Source: a virus
Virus record (IMG/VR): IMGVR_UViG_3300013119_001061
Reading direction: 5' to 3' (one strand)
Length of the DNA stretch: 64,000 bases
A model generated the notes under the pieces. The model searched no databases and was not told the origin of the DNA. It saw nothing but the letters and a program-made list of their open reading frames with translations. A program made the translations under genes and the position numbers. Positions 36,162 through 47,644 of this stretch are shown here, piece by piece; the stretch's first letter is position 1, and every line of letters starts with the position of its first letter.

Positions 36162-36581
36162 ATGTCGTCATATGACGTCGGGCAAGTAGTCTATGTTGTA
36201 TCTTATAAAAAGATGCAAGTTTTGCCCGTAGTAATATCAGAAGAAGTAATAAGAAATACGCTTGACGGAAAAAAAGTAACGTATCTTATTAAGCGAGATC
36301 AAACTAGTAAAGTGTATAATCTTTCTGAGATTGATGGTAATATCTATAATAATATTGCTGAAGTAAAAAATGCATTAATAAAAAATGCTACTCATGCAAT
36401 TAACGAAATTTGCAATATTGCTAAAAAATCATCTGAAGCTTTTGTTATTCCGACCGATTTAAAGCCTAGCGCACCAAAAGAAAGTCAAAATAAATCTCTT
36501 AATATTCCTACTGATGACGATATTAAAAGTTTTGTTTTAGATAATGGAACACGTGTAAATGTGAATATGGGAGATATTTAG
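36162..36581 (+). CDS. hypothetical protein with SH3-like N-terminus
   Basis: YDVGQVVYVV. Confidence 0.55.
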   Translation: MSSYDVGQVVYVVSYKKMQVLPVVISEEVIRNTLDGKKVTYLIKRDQTSKVYNLSEIDGNIYNNIAEVKNALIKNATHAINEICNIAKKSSEAFVIPTDLKPSAPKESQNKSLNIPTDDDIKSFVLDNGTRVNVNMGDI

Positions 36582-36599
36582 TTTCAAAAGGAGAATCTT

Positions 36600-39218
36600 G
36601 TGGAACTTGATAAATTTACCCATATAGCTGCTGATATCATAATGTCAGCAATCAATACAGCAAAATCTAGTAAGCACGCACCAACGCCAGAATATTTACT
36701 GGCTGCGATGTTAGTAGCAAATGATAGCCCAGTCCCTTCTATGATGATAAGTCACAAGGTAGACAAAGATAGGGTTTATAAAGAAACGCAAGATCACCTT
36801 TCATCAATGGGCGTAGTAATAGACAGTGATCAAGATAGTAAAAATAATGTAATAAATGTGCATCCAAGATTTGTCGCATTGCTTGAAAGGGCTAAAAAGT
36901 CAGCACTAGATTCAGGGGATTCTTATATTGATACGATGACTGTGTTTAAGCAGTTCTATACAGAGGGAACGGGAAACAAAGCACTAGAAATTCTAAATTC
37001 AAATGGAATGACAATAGAAAAAGCAGTTGCTGCATATAAAAAAAATAGAGGCAACAAAAAGGTCGATACAAGAAAAGAAAGACAAAGTTCTCGGGCACTT
37101 AAAAAATATTGTTCTGACATGATTAAGTCGGCATCTGAGGGAGAGTTTGCCCCAGTCATTGGTAGAGAGTTTGAGACAAGAAGAGTTGTCCAAATTCTAT
37201 GTAGAAAAACCAAAAACAATCCTGTTATTATCGGAGAATCCGGTGTAGGAAAAACAGCAATCGTTGAAGGTCTTGCACAAAGAATTCATCGAGGCGAAGT
37301 ACCAGATTTTTTAAAAGATGCAGAACTATATGAGCTAAAGATCTCGTCACTTATGGGCGGTGCCTCAGTTCGTGGAGCGCTAGAAGAACGTGTTACAAAA
37401 CTAATGGATGCAATTGCAGATTCTGAAAAGAACATTATTTTATTTATTGATGAGATTCACACCATCGGCACGTCAGTTGGAGGCGGAAGCGATACAACAC
37501 TATCTAATCTTTTCAAGCCGGCTCTTAGTCGAAATAAAATTCGAATCATTGGAGCAACAACACTTGATGAATATAGAAAGTTCATTGAGACTGACAAGGC
37601 CTTAGAGCGAAGACTTCAATCTATCTTTGTAGAACCACCCTCAGTCAGAGAGTCAGTTGCTATTCTTCGAGGCCTCCGCGATACGTATGAGGCATTTCAC
37701 GGACTCAAAATTAAAGATGCATCACTTGTGACCGCCGCGGAGCTATCTGAGCGCTATATCACATTTAGAAACCTGCCCGACAAAGCAATCGATCTTATTG
37801 ATGAAGCACTTGCCAGAGTAAGATCTGAAAATGAAATGACGCCATCTGAGATGTCAGACTTGGCACAAAAGCTTTTGCTTCTTAAGATTGAAATTAACTC
37901 ACTTAAAAAAGAAGATGATGAAGATTCTAAGAAAGAGCTCGAGGAGCTTCAAAAAGAAAAAGCAAATACGCAAGAGCGGTATGACACCATCGAAAGAAAG
38001 TTCAATACCGAAAAGGGTGTTGTAGAGAACTATCGAAAGGCCCGAGCAGCCAAGCTTAAGGTTGAGGCAAAGATGGCAGACGGAAGAGCTGGGGGTGAAC
38101 ACATGAATGACGTTTACAAACTCCAGACTGTTGACCTGCCCGAAGTTGAAAAGAATCTCGAGCAGGCGCAAAATGCATTCCAGCAGCTTCGACAAAACGG
38201 CGAGCTGCTAATCAAAGATGAGATTACTCCGATAGAGATCGCACAAGTCATATCAGATTGGGTAGGAATTCCTGCAGAGAGTCTATCAAAATCAGATCGA
38301 GAAAAACTAAATACGCTGCACGAAGATATCTCAAAACTAGTATATGGTCAAGAGGTAGCAACCAACGCAGTATGCAATGCAATAATCAGATCTCGTGCCG
38401 GGCTATCAGATGAGTCACGCCCAATCGGGTCGTTCTTATTCTTGGGCCCGTCAGGCGTAGGAAAGACGTGGCTAGCTAAGTCGCTGGCTAAACTAATGTT
38501 CGATGATTTTGAGCATGTAATCAGAATTGATATGTCAGAGTTCGGTGACAAACATACAGTATCTCGCCTAGTCGGAGCCCCTCCAGGATACATTGGCTTT
38601 GAGCAAGGTGGGCAACTCACAGAAGCAGTAAGAAGAAGACCGTATTCTATCGTATTGCTTGATGAGATCGAAAAAGCCCACCCAGAAGTATTTGATATCT
38701 TGCTGCAGGTTCTTGACGACGGCCGGCTCACAGATGGCCAAGGTCGAGTGGTTAATTTTAAGAATACCATTATTATCATGACATCAAATATCGGATCACA
38801 CTTGCTTTTAAAATCCTTGCAAGAAACTGGTGAAGTATCAGACGATGTAAGAAATCAGGTTCTAGAACTATTGAAATCTAAATATCGCCCGGAGATCTTA
38901 AACAGAATTGATGAGATTGTTACGTTTGATCCGCTTGGAAAAGACTTGCTCAAAAAGATCGCAAATACATGTCTTGAAGAAGTTAAACATCGATTATCTA
39001 AAAAGAAGATTGACATAGAATGGTCGGATAGTTTGATATCGTATATTATGGAACAAGAGTATGATCCAGTTCAAGGCGCAAGAGGAATGAAGTCTTACGT
39101 AAAGAAAAATGTAGAAACTCACATCGCATCAGCAATCGTTAAACACCATGATATAACTAAATTCAAGATTGATGTTGTTGAAAATCAAGTGAAAATTCAA
39201 CCCGTAGAGGATATTTAA
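36600..39218 (+). CDS. clpB: ClpB chaperone (AAA+ disaggregase)
   Basis: KNNPVIIGESGVGKT, LFIDEIH, coiled-coil M domain, FLGPSGVGKT, RLVGAPPGYIG, GRLTDGQGR. Confidence 0.93.
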   Translation: MELDKFTHIAADIIMSAINTAKSSKHAPTPEYLLAAMLVANDSPVPSMMISHKVDKDRVYKETQDHLSSMGVVIDSDQDSKNNVINVHPRFVALLERAKKSALDSGDSYIDTMTVFKQFYTEGTGNKALEILNSNGMTIEKAVAAYKKNRGNKKVDTRKERQSSRALKKYCSDMIKSASEGEFAPVIGREFETRRVVQILCRKTKNNPVIIGESGVGKTAIVEGLAQRIHRGEVPDFLKDAELYELKISSLMGGASVRGALEERVTKLMDAIADSEKNIILFIDEIHTIGTSVGGGSDTTLSNLFKPALSRNKIRIIGATTLDEYRKFIETDKALERRLQSIFVEPPSVRESVAILRGLRDTYEAFHGLKIKDASLVTAAELSERYITFRNLPDKAIDLIDEALARVRSENEMTPSEMSDLAQKLLLLKIEINSLKKEDDEDSKKELEELQKEKANTQERYDTIERKFNTEKGVVENYRKARAAKLKVEAKMADGRAGGEHMNDVYKLQTVDLPEVEKNLEQAQNAFQQLRQNGELLIKDEITPIEIAQVISDWVGIPAESLSKSDREKLNTLHEDISKLVYGQEVATNAVCNAIIRSRAGLSDESRPIGSFLFLGPSGVGKTWLAKSLAKLMFDDFEHVIRIDMSEFGDKHTVSRLVGAPPGYIGFEQGGQLTEAVRRRPYSIVLLDEIEKAHPEVFDILLQVLDDGRLTDGQGRVVNFKNTIIIMTSNIGSHLLLKSLQETGEVSDDVRNQVLELLKSKYRPEILNRIDEIVTFDPLGKDLLKKIANTCLEEVKHRLSKKKIDIEWSDSLISYIMEQEYDPVQGARGMKSYVKKNVETHIASAIVKHHDITKFKIDVVENQVKIQPVEDI

Positions 39219-39222
39219 TAAT

Positions 39223-39561
39223 ATGGCAAGCTCAAAAAGTATATTAAGTGAACAAAAGTTTGATCGAGAGAGGTCAGATCTAATTCGCCCAATTGAGGCG
39301 CATTACCTCCTCGCGTATCCAAAAGGTGAGTTGCTTAATAATATTCTCACACGTGTACGAGTCCTCTCTGGCGTTGCGACAGTATACCAGCGTGATACAA
39401 TTAAAAAGAAGACCGGAAGAAACTACGTTCCAATTGAAATTGGATTTGTAATGCCACCAGGCTACGGCGGCCGAGAAAAGTTTGAATCTGATTTAATAGA
39501 GTCTATTCGAAAGATAAAAGGAATCGGCTCTCTTTCGAAGATAAGAAAACAAACAAAATAA
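39223..39561 (+). CDS. hypothetical protein
   Basis: 112 aa; ATATTTAA upstream. Confidence 0.55.
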   Translation: MASSKSILSEQKFDRERSDLIRPIEAHYLLAYPKGELLNNILTRVRVLSGVATVYQRDTIKKKTGRNYVPIEIGFVMPPGYGGREKFESDLIESIRKIKGIGSLSKIRKQTK

Positions 39562-39590
39562 GTGTAAACTCTAAAGCCGTGTGATAGAAT
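39562..39590 (+). promoter_or_regulatory. putative phage promoter GTGTAAA-N16-TAGAAT
   Basis: Recurrent motif upstream of the exonuclease. Confidence 0.55.
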
Positions 39591-39606
39591 CTTGTCAGGA
39601 GATAAG

Positions 39607-40428
39607 ATGCGAATCACTATTTTAGATGGCTATAATTTACTTCACCGAGCTAGATCTGGGTTTATGAAGGGCGAACATGCAGTAACGTTCATGTTTTTTA
39701 GGTCTTTGCGGCCAATTATTGAAAAGCTTTCTCCTGATAAGGTATACTTTGTTCTCGAGGGAACTCCCAAAAAGAGAATTGAGCTTGATGAAAATTATAA
39801 GGCTAATCGACGTATTGATGAGTCGGACCCTAAATACGAATCACTAATGTCATTCCTCAAACAAAAGGATGAGTGTATTGATCTTCTTGCAGAAGCATTT
39901 CCTTTTACTTTGGCAAGGCACCCCGATTTTGAAGCAGATGATATTATTGCACATTATGCTCGCAAGCATGCGAAAGATGATGTAACAATCGTCTCAGGAG
40001 ATTCAGACTTTATCCAGCTCCTAACCAATGACAACCCGCAGATCAAAATCTACCACCCAATTAAAAAAGAATATATTGAACCGCCCGATTACAACTACCT
40101 TCACTGGAAGGCTATCCGAGGCGACGCAACCGATAACATTCCCGGAATTCCGCGTCACGGTGACAAGACTGCCGAAAAAATTGTAAGAGATGCATTTCTT
40201 CTGGGCAAGAAAATGGCAGACCCGGAATGGAAAGAGATCTTTCTCAGAAATTTGAGACTCATTAGAATCGATCCACTCACACAAAAAGAGGCGTCAGAAA
40301 TTCTAACCAAAGAGGCAGGATTTAATTTGGACACTGCAAAGGAACAATTTAAAAACTGGGAATTTAGCTTTGCTACAAAAGAATCGACGTGGGAAAAATA
40401 TGTCAAGACTTTTAGCGTCTTGAAATAA
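39607..40428 (+). CDS. 5'-3' exonuclease/flap endonuclease (PolI N-terminal/T4 RNase H family)
   Basis: LDGYNLLHR, YKANR, EADDII, SGDSDFIQL, GDATDNIPGI. Confidence 0.9.
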   Translation: MRITILDGYNLLHRARSGFMKGEHAVTFMFFRSLRPIIEKLSPDKVYFVLEGTPKKRIELDENYKANRRIDESDPKYESLMSFLKQKDECIDLLAEAFPFTLARHPDFEADDIIAHYARKHAKDDVTIVSGDSDFIQLLTNDNPQIKIYHPIKKEYIEPPDYNYLHWKAIRGDATDNIPGIPRHGDKTAEKIVRDAFLLGKKMADPEWKEIFLRNLRLIRIDPLTQKEASEILTKEAGFNLDTAKEQFKNWEFSFATKESTWEKYVKTFSVLK

Positions 40429-40480
40429 ACATTTAACAAAGCACAGAGTAAATAATGTCTATACTTAAACTACAAGGAAG

Positions 40481-40744
40481 ATGGAAGTATTGAAAAAGTT
40501 ATTTAAAATTGTAACCAAAATAGTAAAAACAGGCAATGATACACAAGAAGTCAAAGTCCATATTTGTAAAATGGGTTGCGGGTATAGCGCAATGAAAGTT
40601 GATGAAAATTGGAAGAATTGTCCAGGATGCTCGTATAAGGAAAAGATTGATGAGCAAATTCTACGCCAGGGAACACTTCGAACTAAGTCCGGCGCGCCCA
40701 AGAGAAAAGGCGGAAATTTCCGCGAAGTAAACAAAGAAGACTAA
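40481..40744 (+). CDS. small zinc-ribbon protein
   Basis: CKMGC...CPGC. Confidence 0.5.
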   Translation: MEVLKKLFKIVTKIVKTGNDTQEVKVHICKMGCGYSAMKVDENWKNCPGCSYKEKIDEQILRQGTLRTKSGAPKRKGGNFREVNKED

Positions 40745-40758
40745 GACGGAGTATTACA

Positions 40759-41562
40759 TTGCCCGAAGGACCAGAATGTAGACAGATGGCATTGCAAATG
40801 TCAGAGGATGTAAGCAATAAAAAGATTATTGACATCACAGTCTTAAGTGGAAGATATCTTAAAAATCCCGTCGAAGGAATGGAAAGCTTTCTTAAAGAGT
40901 CACCCATAAAAATCAGAGGCGTCGGAGTTCACGGAAAGTTTATCTTCTTTGTTCTTGACGATCAATGGACAATTTGGAGCACACTAGGTATGACCGGAGC
41001 TTGGTCAAGAGAAAAAGCTAAGCATGCCCGAATCAAGCTAGTTCTCGACGATGGACCGATCTATTATAATGATACACGAAACTTTGGCACGATTAAGTTT
41101 GTCAAAGGGAAGAAAGAAATTGTTGACAAGCTTGAATCACTCGGCCCGGATATCCTGGCAGAGGAATGTTCCGACGAGTTGTTTGCCGAGAGAATCCAAA
41201 GTAAGCCGAAGAAAACAATTGCGCAAGCACTTATGGACCAGGCAGTAGTGTCAGGAGTTGGCAACTATGTGAAGGCGGAGGCTTTGTATCTCGCTAAGGT
41301 TTCCCCTCATAGAACCTGCGGAAGTTTAACAGAAGCGGATCTGTATAACCTCAACACTGCTGTGCGCTCTGTCCTTATGTCATCCTTTGAATCTGGCGGA
41401 GCTACCATCCAGTCCTACAAAGATTTTCACGGAGACGTAGGAAATGCAACCCAAAATTTTGCAGTCTATGGACAGAAAAAAGATCCGCTAGGAAACGATG
41501 TCGTTAAGGAAAAAACCAAGGATGGACGAACGACACATTGGGTCCCGGAGGTTCAAGAATAG
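40759..41562 (+). CDS. Fpg/Nei DNA glycosylase (zincless finger)
   Basis: N-terminal PEGPE, HGK, LGMTG, DTRNFG, LGPD, MDQ..SGVGNY; no Cys in the C-terminal finger. Confidence 0.9.
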   Translation: MPEGPECRQMALQMSEDVSNKKIIDITVLSGRYLKNPVEGMESFLKESPIKIRGVGVHGKFIFFVLDDQWTIWSTLGMTGAWSREKAKHARIKLVLDDGPIYYNDTRNFGTIKFVKGKKEIVDKLESLGPDILAEECSDELFAERIQSKPKKTIAQALMDQAVVSGVGNYVKAEALYLAKVSPHRTCGSLTEADLYNLNTAVRSVLMSSFESGGATIQSYKDFHGDVGNATQNFAVYGQKKDPLGNDVVKEKTKDGRTTHWVPEVQE

Positions 41563-41599
41563 CGTTTACTTGATTAGCATTTGAATGTAAGATTTCAAC

Positions 41600-41851
41600 A
41601 TGATTAACGTGACTCACATAGGCAGCGGCTCAATAAGCGAATATCAGATTGTAACAATGGAAAGCTCATCTTTTAAAACAGTTGCAGACTTTGAAGCACT
41701 AGATACAAATATGATGTCGTTCTATAAGGTTTATAGAGATATCCTCTCAGTCACGTATAATGTTCGCCCACACGATCTTATACTTCTGCCAAAAATGAAA
41801 TATATTTTAAAAAAATGGAGATCAGCAAATGATGACACTACCGGACAATAG
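41600..41851 (+). CDS. hypothetical protein
   Basis: 83-aa ORF. Confidence 0.5.
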   Translation: MINVTHIGSGSISEYQIVTMESSSFKTVADFEALDTNMMSFYKVYRDILSVTYNVRPHDLILLPKMKYILKKWRSANDDTTGQ

Positions 41852-42014
41852 TCAAGATCAGCTAAGGAAGCTCGGCATTTTAAACGAGAATGAAGTAGCA
41901 ATTAAAGAAGGTGATTTATATGTTGCCAAGAACGTATTGACACAAGCCAGGCGAGCAATTGTAGTCCCACAAACAATGCTTGAGAACACACAACGAAGAA
42001 TACTAAGAGACTAA
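41829..42014 (+). CDS. hypothetical protein
   Basis: 61-aa ORF directly before groEL; not GroES-like. Confidence 0.55.
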   Translation: MMTLPDNSQDQLRKLGILNENEVAIKEGDLYVAKNVLTQARRAIVVPQTMLENTQRRILRD

Positions 42015-44370
<2,356 letters not shown>

Positions 44371-44381
44371 TATGTATTATT

Positions 44382-44564
44382 ATGAAGAAAAGCATTCTTT
44401 TAGCTTTCTATCCTATAATGATCTGTGTATGGTCACTATGCTTCATTCTTGACATTCTTTATTTGCCATTTTCTGAATTGAGATTAGCTTGGCCTGTATG
44501 TGCTGTATATTATGCAATACGCCTTCGTGATGTTAAAGAATGGAGTGATAAACTAGATGAGTGA
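44382..44564 (+). CDS. small membrane protein
   Basis: Two hydrophobic segments. Confidence 0.5.
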   Translation: MKKSILLAFYPIMICVWSLCFILDILYLPFSELRLAWPVCAVYYAIRLRDVKEWSDKLDE

Positions 44565-44994
44565 TTGGCGATGCTTGAATGGCACTCCTCGAAATCTAAA
44601 CAAGAGCTTGGAAGTTTATTTGAGGGAAGGATATAAAATACACGTCGGGTGCGACTCACATCAGTATGCAGACTATACACGACTTGTGTCAGTTATTTGT
44701 CTTCGAAAAGGACCCTACGGCGTTGTGACATATCGAAAAGTTCAAAATGAAAAATCGTCCCCTAGCATTTATATGAAACTTCAAAAAGAAGTGTTAGAAT
44801 CTTTGGAAATTGCTGAGTTAGTATCTGAACTCGGTTTTGAAGATGTAACAGTTCACTTAGATATCAATCCAAATGATAAATTTCTTTCAAATAAATTTTA
44901 TAAAGAATTTGTAAACATGGTTAAAGGTTGTGGGTATAAATGCATTACAAAACCCGACGCATTTGCAGCAGCTATTGCTGATATGTTTACATAG
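44557..44994 (+). CDS. RNase H-like YkuK family protein
   Basis: HVGCDS, EVLESLEIA, VHLDIN, KPDAFAA. Confidence 0.75.
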   Translation: MSDWRCLNGTPRNLNKSLEVYLREGYKIHVGCDSHQYADYTRLVSVICLRKGPYGVVTYRKVQNEKSSPSIYMKLQKEVLESLEIAELVSELGFEDVTVHLDINPNDKFLSNKFYKEFVNMVKGCGYKCITKPDAFAAAIADMFT

Positions 44995-45008
44995 TATAAG
45001 GAAAGAAA

Positions 45009-45398
45009 ATGAATAAATTACTAGAGTTGAGTCGACAAAGGATCCAAGCATTCGACGGATTAAAAGAAAACATCCAAAATATTGCCAGCAATATTCAGGA
45101 GGCTCAAAAATCTCATCTTGAAAGTGCCGAAAAAGAATCGTTAATAGATCTTGCTAATAAGTGGAATACATTAACTGCGCAGGATGCAAAAGAAAAAGGG
45201 CGTCAAGCAGGATATGCAGAAGCATGCAATGACTTTATGCCACTGATGCAAAATCTTTTTACTGTGCTCGATGAACAGCGAAATCAATTACAAGAATTGT
45301 TTGAAGAGCTCTTAATTGAAGAAGCACAAGATGAAGTTATTGTCGAGGCTGAACCTGTCCCTTTAGTCTCGAAGCGTCGCTCAAAAAAGCAAAAGTAA
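45009..45398 (+). CDS. hypothetical coiled-coil protein
   Basis: 129-aa ORF. Confidence 0.55.
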   Translation: MNKLLELSRQRIQAFDGLKENIQNIASNIQEAQKSHLESAEKESLIDLANKWNTLTAQDAKEKGRQAGYAEACNDFMPLMQNLFTVLDEQRNQLQELFEELLIEEAQDEVIVEAEPVPLVSKRRSKKQK

Positions 45399-45568
45399 CT
45401 AAGCTTGCATACTTTAAGTTATTTCAAATGAATTCACAAAAAAGATTTCATTTGCAAGCGCCTATACAACGTCTTCAAAATCATTTGCGCGCCGCAATAA
45501 ATAGAGAAAAATCAAAAAATATCTAGAAGCGATTATTTATCTATAATCTATATAAAGGATAGAAAATT

Positions 45569-45997
45569 ATGAATGTATCTTCTTCTTATAAGCCTGCAGC
45601 AGGCGTCGTAGTTCTTCGTCACATGGATGGCAACTGGAATGTTTTATGCCTTAAAACACGAGCCGGCGATTTAGACTTAACAAAGGGGATCATTGATCCA
45701 GGAGAAGACCCATTCGAAACTGCAATCAGAGAAGCCAAAGAAGAGGCAAATATATCTGATCTTGCATTTCCTTTTGGAAAAGATGTGGTTGAAACTGATG
45801 CCTGCGTAATGTATATCGGTGTTACAAATCAAGAGCCTGAGATCTTATCAAATCCTCATACTGGAATAAAAGAGCATGCCGGGTATGTGTGGATGCCAAT
45901 TTTAGAAGCAGTAAATTCAAATAAAATAAAGAAATTTCTACAACCTGCAGTTGAACGAGCCTTTGAATTGACTTTAAAAGATAAACAGCGCTCTTAA
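45569..45997 (+). CDS. NUDIX hydrolase
   Basis: KGIIDPGEDPFETAIREAKEEA Nudix box. Confidence 0.9.
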   Translation: MNVSSSYKPAAGVVVLRHMDGNWNVLCLKTRAGDLDLTKGIIDPGEDPFETAIREAKEEANISDLAFPFGKDVVETDACVMYIGVTNQEPEILSNPHTGIKEHAGYVWMPILEAVNSNKIKKFLQPAVERAFELTLKDKQRS

Positions 45998-46031
45998 AAG
46001 TTATATAATAATAAATTAAGGAGATTTAAAA

Positions 46032-46214
46032 ATGAATCAAGATGAGATTAGTAAACTTGTTGGGCTTCGGAAGTATATTATTGAGTGTCATAACAATCTA
46101 GACGGAAAAGGGAATAATAACTCTTTAGTAAAACAGCATGATGTAGCATACGAATATTCTAGAATGATCAAGATGACAGACAGTATTTTAAAAGAATATG
46201 TAAATTTTGAATAA
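46032..46214 (+). CDS. hypothetical protein
   Basis: SD AGGAG; 60 aa. Confidence 0.55.
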   Translation: MNQDEISKLVGLRKYIIECHNNLDGKGNNNSLVKQHDVAYEYSRMIKMTDSILKEYVNFE

Positions 46215-46233
46215 TAAAAACGAGGATAAGTAA

Positions 46234-46668
46234 ATGGCATCTAGATGTAAAAATTCAATGGCAGTCAAAAACAAAAAGATAAAACCTGTATCTGCAGATG
46301 ATATTGTCGAAACTAAAAGTGAAATAACTGCAATACCCAGATCTGAAATCAAGAATTCTAAAAAGCTTGTTTCAAAAAAGAAACCTGCTTCGAAGAAAAA
46401 GATTTCCAAAAAAGTATCAACAAATTGGGAAGATTCAAAGCCCGATAATCCTGCGGTTGAAAAAGCAGTAAATAAAATCTTAAAGCCTAAAGCAAAGAAA
46501 AAGGCTAAGGTTAACAATGCTCAAACTCCCGAGGATGCAATTATGCAATCTGAGGCTGTGACTCCTGATTTAGAAAAAGCTGTTGTTCCTAAAAAGAAGG
46601 CAGAAAGAAAGTCACCGGTACGTCGAGCAAAGAAAACAACCAAGAAAACAACCAAGAAAAAGAAGTAA
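46234..46668 (+). CDS. Lys-rich histone-H1-like protein
   Basis: KKKPASKKK, KKTTKKTTKKKK. Confidence 0.5.
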   Translation: MASRCKNSMAVKNKKIKPVSADDIVETKSEITAIPRSEIKNSKKLVSKKKPASKKKISKKVSTNWEDSKPDNPAVEKAVNKILKPKAKKKAKVNNAQTPEDAIMQSEAVTPDLEKAVVPKKKAERKSPVRRAKKTTKKTTKKKK

Positions 46669-47196
46669 ATGAGATTAAAAAGAGTCGCCGCCCCAGCCAG
46701 AATCTATAAAGATATCAAATCTCTGAGAGAGGGAATCCTCAAGACTGCAGAACCGTCAGAGGTTGTGGTTGCAACGTCAGGCGGATTTGATCCAATGCAT
46801 GTAGGTCACTTGCGCTGTATTCAAGATGCTGCCGAGCTCGGTGATATCTTGGTTGTCATCGTCAATAGCGATGAATTTTTGCAACGAAAAAAAGGATTTG
46901 CATTCATGCCCCATCAAGAGAGAATGGAAATCATCGCCGGAATTGCAGGTGTTGATTATGTTGTGGGCTGGGACGATGGATCTCAAACTGTGACAGGTGC
47001 ATTAGATATCCTCCAGCCGGCGATCTTTGCCAAGGGCGGAGACAGAGATGCTGCGTCCAACGTTCCCGAGTATGATCTATGCGACAAGATCGGCTGTGAG
47101 GTTAAGTTCAACATCGGCGGAGGTAAGATCCAGTCAAGCACCAACCTAATCAGTAACAGCGCCCTTCAATTTGAAACAGACGATAAAAAGAAATGA
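46669..47196 (+). CDS. cytidylyl/adenylyltransferase (RfaE domain II-like)
   Basis: SGGFDPMHVGH, VNSD, FAKGGDR, KIQSS. Confidence 0.85.
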   Translation: MRLKRVAAPARIYKDIKSLREGILKTAEPSEVVVATSGGFDPMHVGHLRCIQDAAELGDILVVIVNSDEFLQRKKGFAFMPHQERMEIIAGIAGVDYVVGWDDGSQTVTGALDILQPAIFAKGGDRDAASNVPEYDLCDKIGCEVKFNIGGGKIQSSTNLISNSALQFETDDKKK

Positions 47197-47633
47197 AGCT
47201 AATTACATCATTCATATGTCTGACCAAAGATCTGGGCGTTCACAATAACCTCTTCGGGGGAGTCCTTTTGTCACATCTCGATCAAGCCGGCGGCGTTCTT
47301 GCAGCAGAGTCATGCCAGACTCCGAGAATGGTAACAGTCAAAATGGATGAAGTTGAGTTTTTACTACCGGTCAAGGCAGGAAACGTAATTAAGATCTACG
47401 GTAAGGTTGCAGAATATGGCAACACGTCAATAACGCTGGAACTCGAGGCTCGAAAAGAATCTGCATACACAATGAAGCAAAAGGTTGTTTGCTCAACACG
47501 CATCAAGTTTGTTAGAATCGATGAAGATGGCGACCCAGTTCCGATCTCAGAGCGCGCCAAAAAGGGTGAATCACCTAGCACAACCCGGGAAAAATTAGAA
47601 GAAATTCAAAAATGGCGTGAAGGCCTAAAATAA
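47193..47633 (+). CDS. acyl-CoA thioesterase (hotdog fold)
   Basis: NLFGGVLLSHLD, VTV..EFLLPV, GNTS. Confidence 0.85.
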   Translation: MKLITSFICLTKDLGVHNNLFGGVLLSHLDQAGGVLAAESCQTPRMVTVKMDEVEFLLPVKAGNVIKIYGKVAEYGNTSITLELEARKESAYTMKQKVVCSTRIKFVRIDEDGDPVPISERAKKGESPSTTREKLEEIQKWREGLK

Positions 47634-47644
47634 AGAACGGTAAA

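Noticed and set aside
41829-42014. GroES upstream of groEL
   Set aside because: Too short and lacks the PLxDRV and mobile-loop motifs
46630-46660. AAGAAAACAACC tandem repeat
   Set aside because: Simply encodes the KKTT low-complexity tail
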